Origin: Rhodospirillales bacterium
Lineage (GTDB): Bacteria > Pseudomonadota > Alphaproteobacteria > Bin95
Assembly: GCA_038143065.1 (NCBI GenBank)
Contig: JAYQLI010000035.1
Location: 1,888,894-1,952,893 of the forward strand
Direction of reading: 5' to 3'
Length of the DNA stretch: 64,000 nucleotides
The notes beneath the pieces were generated by a model, which saw only the letters and a program-made list of their open reading frames with translations, was not told the DNA's origin and made no database searches. Position numbers and translations under genes: made by a program. Of the stretch, positions 1 through 8,501 are shown one piece after another (position 1 is the stretch's first letter; each line of letters begins with the position of its first letter).

Positions 1-255
1 GCGCCCATAAATTGGCCTATCAGTGCGCAACTGCGCTTGTATCCTTGGCTTGTTTGCAGCTATCTTCCAGCCATCCACACTCCAACCAAGTTGCTCGGCC
101 ACCTTGGCGGCGACGCGACGCAAATTCCTATTTGGCTTATAGGCGGCATCTTGATCAGGTGGTACCAAATGCTCTTGAAGGCCGCTTTGCTGCCTTCCTT
201 CAGACCGCAATTCTGTTAATAAATCAACTAACTGTTTCTCAGCAGTAAAATCCAT
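1..255 (-). CDS. 2-keto-4-pentenoate hydratase / FAH-family protein, 5' part only (runs off the window start)
   Basis: Not in the ORF track. My translation from ATG 255 (RBS AGGAG upstream) is MDFTAEKQLVDLLTELRSEGRQQSG...AAY...LGWSVDGWKIAANK...QLRTDRPIYGR. The AY...GWK.A...PIYG pattern is the N-terminal signature of MhpD-like hydratases. Confidence 0.75.
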   Translation of the reverse strand, partial: MDFTAEKQLVDLLTELRSEGRQQSGLQEHLVPPDQDAAYKPNRNLRRVAAKVAEQLGWSVDGWKIAANKPRIQAQLRTDRPIYGR

Positions 256-371
256 CAAACACTCCTAGACCAACTAAAAATAACCAACGCAAAAATGAGG
301 GGAGTCTTTCTGTTCGGTCTATTAATCTGATAGACCCCAGGATAAGAACTTTAATAGTGGTTCAGCTCAAA

Positions 372-1049
372 ATGCCCAAAATTTTTAAAAGAAGCCTCTC
401 ATATATCTATCTGGCCAGCTTAGTGACCGTGTATGGGTGCGGGTCCACTGCACCATCCGTATTACCAGAAAAAACACCAGTTAAAGTACAAGCTCAAATA
501 AAACCTGCAGCAGATTTACAATCACCAACCATTATCCAAAAAACGGAAAAACTGGAAAAACAAGCAAAGTTGATTTTGACAGCTAATTTAAATCCATCAG
601 AAATCGAACAAAAAAGCCCTGAAAAAATGATGTCATTTTTATATTCGAGAATGATGTCGAGGAAAGAATTAAAGAGATCAATAGATTCTTTAAAAGACAG
701 TCGCAGACTTATTTATTTGGTGAGGAAATATAACAAGGATCATGAAATTGATTCTGTTAATTCGAAGGCACAAATGATTTCTGATATTGCAGAAATCGAA
801 TTGATGTTTGGAGAACCTGAAAACGCTTGGCAGCTAACCCAAGAAGCATTTTCATACGACCATAAACCCATTTTAACTTACACCCTTTATGCCCACTTTT
901 TGGTTTTGCAGGGAAAAGACGACGAAGCTGAAAAGGTTCGACAGAAACTATTGCGTGAAAGGGGTTTTGAATCAGATATCGTTCATTCAACTTATTTGAA
1001 AGTTCTTTTGAATCGAGCGGACGCAAAACAATTCAATGCGTCCAAATAG
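372..1049 (+). CDS. AT-rich putative lipoprotein with C-terminal TPR-like helices
   Basis: ATG 372 gives a basic/hydrophobic signal ending in a lipobox-like VYG-C. The C-terminus (AEIELMFGEPENAWQLTQEA...YAHFLVLQGKDDEAEKV) is TPR-like. Sampled 60-nt lines are 30-37% GC. Confidence 0.6.
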   Translation: MPKIFKRSLSYIYLASLVTVYGCGSTAPSVLPEKTPVKVQAQIKPAADLQSPTIIQKTEKLEKQAKLILTANLNPSEIEQKSPEKMMSFLYSRMMSRKELKRSIDSLKDSRRLIYLVRKYNKDHEIDSVNSKAQMISDIAEIELMFGEPENAWQLTQEAFSYDHKPILTYTLYAHFLVLQGKDDEAEKVRQKLLRERGFESDIVHSTYLKVLLNRADAKQFNASK

Positions 1050-1155
1050 GTCTGAAATTTTTTGCAAATGAACTCTTTGGATATCCTGAGAAGCAAATAT
1101 TTTCAGGAATTCCTATTTTTGGAAAACCCAATTCGGAGCATTATGCCCAGATAAA

Positions 1156-1232
1156 TGGTCGGAGCGGCAGGATTTGAACCCGCGGCCCTCTGCTCCCAAA
1201 GCAGATGCGCTACCAGGCTGCGCTACGCTCCG
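1156..1232 (-). tRNA. tRNA-Pro(TGG)
   Basis: Reverse complement CGGAGCGTAGCGCAGCCTGGTAGCGCATCTGCTTTGGGAGCAGAGGGCCGCGGGTTCAAATCCTGCCGCTCCGACCA: cloverleaf, GTTCAAATC T-loop, CCA end, anticodon TGG. Confidence 0.97.
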
Positions 1233-1262
1233 ACTGCCCCCTTCATAGAACTCCTTTACCCC

Positions 1263-2526
1263 TTAGGTCAATCGGCGTCTTAGCTCTGGATACAAGAAGT
1301 TTGCAGTTAAGTAACAAAAAAATCCGATACTCGTTACAGTAATTACAGCTATCGCCGCGTCACCCACCGTTTCTGCTATCCAGCCAACGTTTAAAATACC
1401 AATAGGCCCACAGCCAATACACATAGCCAAAACCCCCATCACCCTTACTCGCATGTTCGAGGGCGCTCGCGCTAAAATAAGACCGGACTGCATTGACCCA
1501 AAGCCAGAGAGCCCAAAACCAGCAATAAAAAGAAAACCGCCTGCCAGAAAAATTAACGTCGTTCCGCCAAGCCATCCCATAGAAGCAAATAAACCCATGG
1601 AAAAAATGTATGTACCGGCACCTATCGCAAAAATACGAGCAAGTTGAGACGGCCGCGCAAAGGCTGCGACAAGGGTGGCGCCACAAAGAGCGCCCAGACC
1701 CTCCGAGGCTGGTCAGCATCCCAGTCTGCGTGGCGCTCATCTCGAAATTCTGACGACCAATAACCGGAAGCATAGAGACACAAGCAAAACCAAAGAGGTT
1801 TAAAATTATCGTCACCACTAGCACTGCCTGTATGACTCTCTCTTGACGAATATAATGCAGGCCCGCAGCCAGGCTTTTTATTACAGGTTCTCGTCCAATA
1901 CCTTCACTTCTTATCCCTCGCTGCACCCCAATAATTAAGCACGCACCAATGAAACACACACATGCGCCGAATCCGAATGGTCCTTGAATACCTGCGAAGT
2001 CCAGGAGAGCGCCTCCGATAAACGCCCCCGAGGCACGAGTCATGCTATTAGTGGCACTTTCTAAGCCCATGGCTCTTGGTAGGCGCGCTGGTCCAGCAAT
2101 ATCTCCAACCATAGTTCGTCGCACTGGAAGCTCAAAAGACCAAAAAACACCAGAAAGAGTGACGCCTATAGCAACGTGCCAAAGCTCCAATCTTTCAATA
2201 AAGGCAAGGGCGGCTAACGAGGAATACATCGCAGTCATCGAAATCATCAAAGTGACCAAAAGGAATCGACGGTCGAAACGTTCTGCCCACGCCCCACAGA
2301 AAGCACCCAGAAGAAACATAGGAAGCATGCGGAGAAATAGCATCTGCGCTGTAATCAAGGCCGAACCCGTGATTTGGACCGTGTAGTAGCCAACTACCAG
2401 CACATCCATCCACCGCATGACGCCTACCATAGCGCCGGCAAGCCATACTCGCATAAAATCTCTATCTACGAAGAGAGATGATGGCTTTTCGAGCGGCCCA
2501 GCTTGTGCTGATATCTCTTCCTGCAA
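1263..2526 (-). CDS. MFS transporter, split by a +1 indel near 1704 (start approximate)
   Basis: Multiple hydrophobic helices and motif A-like GAWAERFDRR. ORFs 1360..2712 and 1263..1598 join if one base is removed at ~1703-1708 (…MLTS-EGLGALCGATLVAAF…). Confidence 0.85.
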
Positions 2527-2557
2527 TTTCTTCTTTCCCGTTTTTACGAGACAAACA

Positions 2558-3643
2558 ATGCAAATAATAGAACACGCTCGACTTCGCGATGCCATTACAG
2601 CGATTTGCGCTGCAGGTGGAAGCGAGGCCAAAGAATCACGCATAGTTGCGGATAACTTAGTAGATGCCAATATGGCTGGACACGATAGCCATGGCGTTGG
2701 GATGATTCCCACTTACATTACCAACCTTCTAAACGGTGGATTAAAGCCCAACGAGCACGCTGAAATTGTTGTTGATAATGGGGCGGTCGTAGTGATTGAT
2801 GGCCGTTCCGGTTATGGCCAGGTTATTGGGCAAGAGGCAATGGCAATTGGTATTGATCGAGCAAAGAAATTTGGTGCGGCTTGCATTGGTCTAAGAAATG
2901 CTCATCACATTGGAAGAATCGGACAATGGGGCGAACAATGCGCTGCGGCCGGTTTTGTATCGACACATCATGTAAATGTTGTCGGTCATAAAGCTTCAGT
3001 CGCTCCTTTCGGTGGCTCTGATGCGCGCTACATTACTAACCCATACTGTGCTGTCATGCCTGCTACGGATAAGAATCCACCAACGGTGCTTGATTTCGCA
3101 ACAAGCTTCGTTGCCATGGGCAAAATTCGCGTTGCCAGAAATAAGGGTGAACCCGCGCCGGAGGGGGCATTAATAGACACAACCGGACAGCCAAGTCGTG
3201 ACCCTAACATTATGTATACTGATCCTATTGGTGGTGCCCTTAACCCTTTTGGTCAGCACAAAGGTTACGGGCTAGCTCTTCTTAATGAGATATTGCCATC
3301 GGCCATGACGGGGACCGTCGGGTGTAGGCCAGAGACACGGTTTGACCCGCCAAAGACCATTAACAATATGCTTTCTATTATTATTGACCCCAGCCGTCTT
3401 GTCTCCCGTGAACGGTTTAATGAGGAAACCGATGCAGCTATTTCCAACGTTAAAGGCTCTCCAGCAGCTGACCCGTCAAAGCCGGTAGTTGTGCCAGGTG
3501 ACCCAGAACGGATCTCTTGGAAGAAAAGAGACTCGGAAGGAGTACCGGTGGACGATGAAACCTGGCGAGAAATAACAGCATCAGCCGTATCAGTTGGCAT
3601 GCGCGCCGAAGATCTTGACGTCATCGCAGGCATTAAGGCCTGA
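2558..3643 (+). CDS. Ldh_2 family (malate/L-lactate/ureidoglycolate dehydrogenase, HcxB/YbiC-like) reductase, paralog 1
   Basis: GHDSHGVGM, HHIGRIG, TNPYC, LDFATS, HKGYGL, PGDPE motifs. Start reassigned to ATG 2558 (MQIIEH). Confidence 0.92.
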   Translation: MQIIEHARLRDAITAICAAGGSEAKESRIVADNLVDANMAGHDSHGVGMIPTYITNLLNGGLKPNEHAEIVVDNGAVVVIDGRSGYGQVIGQEAMAIGIDRAKKFGAACIGLRNAHHIGRIGQWGEQCAAAGFVSTHHVNVVGHKASVAPFGGSDARYITNPYCAVMPATDKNPPTVLDFATSFVAMGKIRVARNKGEPAPEGALIDTTGQPSRDPNIMYTDPIGGALNPFGQHKGYGLALLNEILPSAMTGTVGCRPETRFDPPKTINNMLSIIIDPSRLVSRERFNEETDAAISNVKGSPAADPSKPVVVPGDPERISWKKRDSEGVPVDDETWREITASAVSVGMRAEDLDVIAGIKA

Positions 3644-3657
3644 GGAGGATATATAAA

Positions 3658-4749
3658 ATGCCAACTATTCAAGCTGATAAACTCGAAGCCGTATGTCGCC
3701 TTATCACAACTGCTCGTGGATCTGCAGCAAAGGAAGCAGATCAGGTGGCACGAAATCTAGTCGTAGCAAATTTAAAAGGCCATGACAGTCACGGTGTGGG
3801 AATGTTACCTCGTTACATTAAGTCATCCTTCGTGGGAGAGCTTAATATCAATTCTCATGCGGAAATTGTCACCGATCATGGGCTAATCGTACAAATTGAT
3901 GGGAATCAAGGTTACGGCCAGGTTATTGGTGAAGAGGCTATGGAGATTGGCATTGAACGCGCCAAAGCTTTTGGACTCTGCATCCTGACAATTCGGAATT
4001 CCTATCATTTATGCCGAATAGGAGCTTGGGGCGAACAATGTGCAGAACATGGTTTAGTCTCCATGCATCATGTAAATGGTTATGGCCATCCGGGTTACGT
4101 TGCTCCATTCAGGGGTTCCGATGCGAGAATTTCAACTAACCCCTACTGCGTTGTCTTGCCAAAAACTGCAAATAACCCTCCAACTGTTCTGGACTTTGCA
4201 ACCTCTGCTGTTGCACAAGGCAAAATTAGAGTTGCCAAAAATAAGGGTGTTGAAGCGCCAGAGGGCGCTCTGATCGACAATAAGGGTCAGCCAACTCGAG
4301 ACCCAATGGTGCTGTTTCAGGAACCGATGGGCGCTCTGGCTGCTGTTGGTGGAGAAGCGGCAGGCCATAAAGGTTATGGGCTTGCTTTTATCAATGAACT
4401 TTTTGGCGGAGTTCTATCTGGTGGTCATACCTGTCGGCCAGAGACGCATCATGAACATGACGTTATCATCAACGGGATGTTATCAATCATTATTGACCCT
4501 GAGAAAATGACAGACCGTGAGAGCTTTGAGGCTGAAATTGATGCCGCAATTGCCCACGTTACCGCATCTCCAGCAGCTGACCCTGAAAAACCTGTCCTTG
4601 TCCCAGGCGACCCAGAGCGCCGGACTTTGGCTGAGAGACGTTCTGAGGGTGTGCCTATAGATGACGAAACTTGGCGTGAAATCCTTACAACCGGTCAAAG
4701 TGTGGGTATCGAGCCCGACGAACTGCGAAATCTAGCAGCTGTGAATTAA
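3658..4749 (+). CDS. Ldh_2 family HcxB/YbiC-like reductase, paralog 2
   Basis: Same motif set (GHDSHGVGM, TNPYC, LDFATS, HKGYGL, PGDPE). Strong RBS GAGGAGG; 14 bp after paralog 1. Confidence 0.92.
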   Translation: MPTIQADKLEAVCRLITTARGSAAKEADQVARNLVVANLKGHDSHGVGMLPRYIKSSFVGELNINSHAEIVTDHGLIVQIDGNQGYGQVIGEEAMEIGIERAKAFGLCILTIRNSYHLCRIGAWGEQCAEHGLVSMHHVNGYGHPGYVAPFRGSDARISTNPYCVVLPKTANNPPTVLDFATSAVAQGKIRVAKNKGVEAPEGALIDNKGQPTRDPMVLFQEPMGALAAVGGEAAGHKGYGLAFINELFGGVLSGGHTCRPETHHEHDVIINGMLSIIIDPEKMTDRESFEAEIDAAIAHVTASPAADPEKPVLVPGDPERRTLAERRSEGVPIDDETWREILTTGQSVGIEPDELRNLAAVN

Positions 4750-4830
4750 TGTATCATTGGCCCGTAAACTGCTTGTTTTGCGAAGTTTGCAAGAATTAGA
4801 CCAATCATTAAAAACTTTTGGAGAAATCAA

Positions 4831-5265
4831 ATGCCTGAATACATCCCTCCAGCAATTGATTGGGTGCGTGAGCAAGTAGAGCTCTATGAAGGAAGCGGTG
4901 GTACCGAAGGAACAACTCTCAGAGATACAGGGCTTCCATGCATTATTGTTACCCACCAAGGAGGTAAAACTGGAGGTATTCGCAAAATCCCTCTGATGCG
5001 GGTTAAAGTTGGACAAAGCTATGTGCTTGTTGGGTCTTATGGTGGCCGTCCAAAAAACCCTGTTTGGGTCTATAACCTTCGAGCCCATCAGGACGTCGAA
5101 ATCCGTGACAGAACAGAAGTTACAAAGATGCGTGTTCGCGAGGGTACAAACGAACAGGAGCGAAAATTGCTTTGGGATGCCAGCGTCGCAGCATTCCCTA
5201 GCTATGCAGACTATCAGGCTAAAACCGACCGCACTATTCCAGTTTTTCTTGCTGAGCCAGTTTAG
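4831..5265 (+). CDS. Deazaflavin (F420H2)-dependent nitroreductase / quinone reductase, Ddn family (FDOR-A)
   Basis: WVREQVELYE.SGG, G.KTG..RK.PL, S.GG.PKNP.W.YNL.A and Y..YQ.KTDR.IPV are Ddn-family motifs. Confidence 0.9.
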   Translation: MPEYIPPAIDWVREQVELYEGSGGTEGTTLRDTGLPCIIVTHQGGKTGGIRKIPLMRVKVGQSYVLVGSYGGRPKNPVWVYNLRAHQDVEIRDRTEVTKMRVREGTNEQERKLLWDASVAAFPSYADYQAKTDRTIPVFLAEPV

Positions 5266-5312
5266 TTTTGAAGATCTAGCACCCTGTGCTGAAACTGCTG
5301 CGGAAAAATGCT

Positions 5313-6632
5313 TTAAGCAGCAAGTTGACGGTGCCAGTATTGAAGTCCTGCGCTGTTAGGGTGTTGTACCCCTCTTTCTGCAAGGAGGGATTCTGCGAGA
5401 TTTCGGCGGCCAGCTTTTACAGCGCTGTCGACTAAAACCTGAGTGTAGAGATCACGTTGGGCATGACTGCCCCCAACGCGCACCCATTCCTCACGACTTG
5501 CAAGCAATCCGTCACAAGCTTTTTCATAATCACCCATTGTATAAGCCGCGAAAGCATCGGCGAGGGGAATTGAGACCTCACTAGCCAAGTTGGCGGCCCA
5601 GCCCTTACCATCTGCTCTTTCTGCTAACTGTTGCCTCTGTTTTGCCAGCGCCTCAGAACGCCCAGCCTTTGCCAGCGCCGCAGACACATGGCTTTCTGTG
5701 AAGGCAAGTAATTGGTCGTCCATTGTAGCTTCTGCCTGCCCAGCAAGGACATGCCAGCGATCCCCCACGTCTACCCCCGTCATTTCTAAACGCCATAATA
5801 AGGCAGCCGCATTTTGTACGTCGATGTATGCAGTCGAAGGAGCTGGATAGACGGCACTATCGTATAACGCCAGAGTTTCATCGTATTTCCCAGAATCCCA
5901 TAGAAATAGCGCTTTATGCCACCATATGTGCCGAGCAAGTGGAGCTCGGTCATCCCAAGCATTTAGAGGGTAATTGATCCATTCAATCCCATCTTTATGA
6001 CGTCCCTGCATTTCCAGAACGTGCGCAACGGTATGGACTGCCCATAAGTCCTCTGGGCTATGTTGCAGCGCAGCCCGGCCACACATTTCAGCTTTCTCGT
6101 ACTCCCCTGCTTCCTCGTAACCAAAGCCAAGCATTCCCAAATAATGGCCATAACCAACTGCATCTTTGTTCCAAGCATGGCTAACTCTAAGAACGGAGTC
6201 TCGTAAATCCAGGCTTTTCCCTCGCCAAAATAGGGTCTGTTGGTGTAGCTGTTTTAGAACAAAAAGATCTAATGGCCACTCTGCCATGTGCTGCCCAAGC
6301 ACCGCAGATGCATGAGGAAGGTCATTCGCGCACAATGCCTTTAACCCAGCAAGCCAACCCTTGGCTCTTTGAGTCAAGCCACCAGGCTTCGCTTCCGCCT
6401 TAGCAATATGGTCTGCCACTATTGGAAGGAGGTTTCGCGACTGCGCGCCCATTAGCATATAACCCTTCAGGAGTTGCGCCATGGAGCAGTCTGGGTCTGC
6501 AGAAATTGCCGCGTCCGCATATTCGACGGCATCGAGCCTAAATTCAAAGAACCGCGCCACTGCTTTATCAAAATTGTCCACGCAAGCTGAGCTGCTGGTA
6601 TCAAGTTGATATCCGCGAACGTCTTGTAGCAT
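5313..6632 (-). CDS. TTC38-like tetratricopeptide repeat protein
   Basis: GMLGFGYEE.G.Y..AE, WAVHTVAHVLEMQGR, HIWWHKAL, AAALLWRL and GGSHAQRD match the TTC38 family. ATG 6632 has RBS GGGAG. Confidence 0.85.
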   Translation of the reverse strand: MLQDVRGYQLDTSSSACVDNFDKAVARFFEFRLDAVEYADAAISADPDCSMAQLLKGYMLMGAQSRNLLPIVADHIAKAEAKPGGLTQRAKGWLAGLKALCANDLPHASAVLGQHMAEWPLDLFVLKQLHQQTLFWRGKSLDLRDSVLRVSHAWNKDAVGYGHYLGMLGFGYEEAGEYEKAEMCGRAALQHSPEDLWAVHTVAHVLEMQGRHKDGIEWINYPLNAWDDRAPLARHIWWHKALFLWDSGKYDETLALYDSAVYPAPSTAYIDVQNAAALLWRLEMTGVDVGDRWHVLAGQAEATMDDQLLAFTESHVSAALAKAGRSEALAKQRQQLAERADGKGWAANLASEVSIPLADAFAAYTMGDYEKACDGLLASREEWVRVGGSHAQRDLYTQVLVDSAVKAGRRNLAESLLAERGVQHPNSAGLQYWHRQLAA

Positions 6633-6836
6633 TTGAAACTCCCGGAGAAACGTAGCCCCGAAAAACTGCAATATTTTCGCGATTAAATCTAGAAGAGAGG
6701 GGTTGTGGGGTTAATTTAGAATAATGACATTTATAGTCTGACAGGCTTAACTCACTAAGAGCGCGTTTCGTTTCGCTAAGAAGTCGCATCCTGTTAAAGT
6801 AATTTCGAAATCCCTTCCCTTTATGGAGAAAGCTCT

Positions 6837-7292
6837 ATGCCCGGTCTATACTATGAAGAATTCGAAATTGGTCAGGTTTTCAAACACGACCTAACACGAA
6901 CCGTAACAGAGATGGACAACGTCCTCTTCTGTGCACTTACCCATAATCCACAACCTCTCCATCTTGATGAAGAGTTTGGTAAAGCGTCGGAGCATGGAGG
7001 CCGATTAGTAAACTCCCTTTTTACACTGGGACTAGTCATTGGTGTTTCTGTGGGGGATACAACTCTTGGCACGACAATTGGCAATCTAGGAATGACCGAT
7101 ACGGCCTTCCGCAACCCAGTTTTTCACGGTGACACAATACGATCGGAAACAACTGTAATCGACAAAAGAGAGTCAAAATCTCGCCCAACCCAAGGCATAG
7201 TCACTTTTGAACACCGAGGCTTTAACCAACATGGAAAAGAAGTGGCCTACTGCAAAAGAATGGGCCTAATGATGAAACGTCCAACAACCTGA
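6837..7292 (+). CDS. MaoC-family (hot-dog fold) dehydratase
   Basis: [33 protein letters not shown]. Confidence 0.92.
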   Translation: MPGLYYEEFEIGQVFKHDLTRTVTEMDNVLFCALTHNPQPLHLDEEFGKASEHGGRLVNSLFTLGLVIGVSVGDTTLGTTIGNLGMTDTAFRNPVFHGDTIRSETTVIDKRESKSRPTQGIVTFEHRGFNQHGKEVAYCKRMGLMMKRPTT

Positions 7293-7308
7293 ACAAAATA
7301 GGATAGAA

Positions 7309-8235
7309 ATGGTGGAAGCTATTTCCTTTAACGCTACTCGAAGCTGGACGAAGACGCTACCAAACGCGACAGTCGTTCAGGCTAGAGAGTTTGACTTCAA
7401 AGGACCATTCAATGGTCGAAGTGCAGACGCATCGGAAGACAGACCGCAGGCATTTCGGGTTGAGCAACCTCCTGGCTCAATAGTAGAGCCTCATTTCCAT
7501 GTTGCCGCAGAATTTCAGCTAATTGCTTGTGGAGGCGGCAGGCTAGGTCGGCATGAATTGAAGCCACTATCAATCCATTATTCAGGTGCATACACCCCTT
7601 ATGGTCCTATTGTAGCTGATGCGCGTGAAGGGGTGATCTATTACACACTTCGCCCACGTCACGATCCTGGTGCTTTATTTTTGCCAGATGCCAAACAAAA
7701 GTTGAAACCTTCACCAAAGCGCTTTTTCATGGCTGAACCAGAGCAAGAAAATCTAGGCTCAGCTGTATTGAGCAGGTGGGAAGCTCCTAATTTATCGTTC
7801 TTATACGGTTCAGAACTTGATGATGCAGCTGCCTGGCGCGCAACACTTGGGCCAAATCAGCGACTCACTCCACCAAAACCAAAAGGCGACGGTTATTATG
7901 TTGTTGTGACTGGTGGAAGCTGGATATTTTCTGGAGAAAAATTTCCAGAGTGGTCTCTGGCCTTTGCAGCGCAGGGCGAATCTGCTCCGGAGCTCTTGGC
8001 AGGAGAAGAAGGCCTGGATGCAGTGATCCTCCAATTTCCCGATAATACGGCTAGGGTGGAGAGGTCTATTTCTCCAGAAGATCAACACGAGTGTCCCCTC
8101 TGTGGCTACGTTTATAACCAAGCGGAGGGAGACCCCGAAGCAGGGGTAGCTAAAGGAACTGTTTTCGCTGACGTCCCAGCAGACTGGACATGCCCTAATT
8201 GCGTTGCGCCAAATTCACATTTTCAGATAATTTGA
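7309..8235 (+). CDS. Cupin-like protein with fused C-terminal rubredoxin domain
   Basis: N-terminal PHFH...EFQ...G.G...HY...YTPYGPI cupin-like motif and a second barrel-like segment. C-terminal CPLCGYVY...GDPEAGV..GT.F.DVP.DWTCPNC is a complete rubredoxin. Confidence 0.8.
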   Translation: MVEAISFNATRSWTKTLPNATVVQAREFDFKGPFNGRSADASEDRPQAFRVEQPPGSIVEPHFHVAAEFQLIACGGGRLGRHELKPLSIHYSGAYTPYGPIVADAREGVIYYTLRPRHDPGALFLPDAKQKLKPSPKRFFMAEPEQENLGSAVLSRWEAPNLSFLYGSELDDAAAWRATLGPNQRLTPPKPKGDGYYVVVTGGSWIFSGEKFPEWSLAFAAQGESAPELLAGEEGLDAVILQFPDNTARVERSISPEDQHECPLCGYVYNQAEGDPEAGVAKGTVFADVPADWTCPNCVAPNSHFQII

Positions 8236-8353
8236 AGCCCCAAAATAAATTCAATTCATGCCGTCAATGCGGGGATCTCTGAATTCAAAGCAATGAGCTG
8301 TTCAGGGCAGCAGATAATCGAACGCCCAAGTTATCAGCACGCTTTGGTGGGAA

Positions 8354-8429
8354 TGGTGCCCCGGATAGGATTCGAACCTATGACCTACCGCTTAGGAGGC
8401 GGTCGCTCTATCCCCTGAGCTACCGAGGC
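8354..8429 (-). tRNA. tRNA-Arg(CCT)
   Basis: Reverse complement GCCTCGGTAGCTCAGGGGATAGAGCGACCGCCTCCTAAGCGGTAGGTCATAGGTTCGAATCCTATCCGGGGCACCA; anticodon CCT, CCA end. Confidence 0.96.
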
Positions 8430-8501
8430 GAAGTTCTCGGCAATGTATCAGCCAAGCCCCAAAATCCAAGTAAAAACCGCAATATTATTGATTTGCGCGC
8501 T

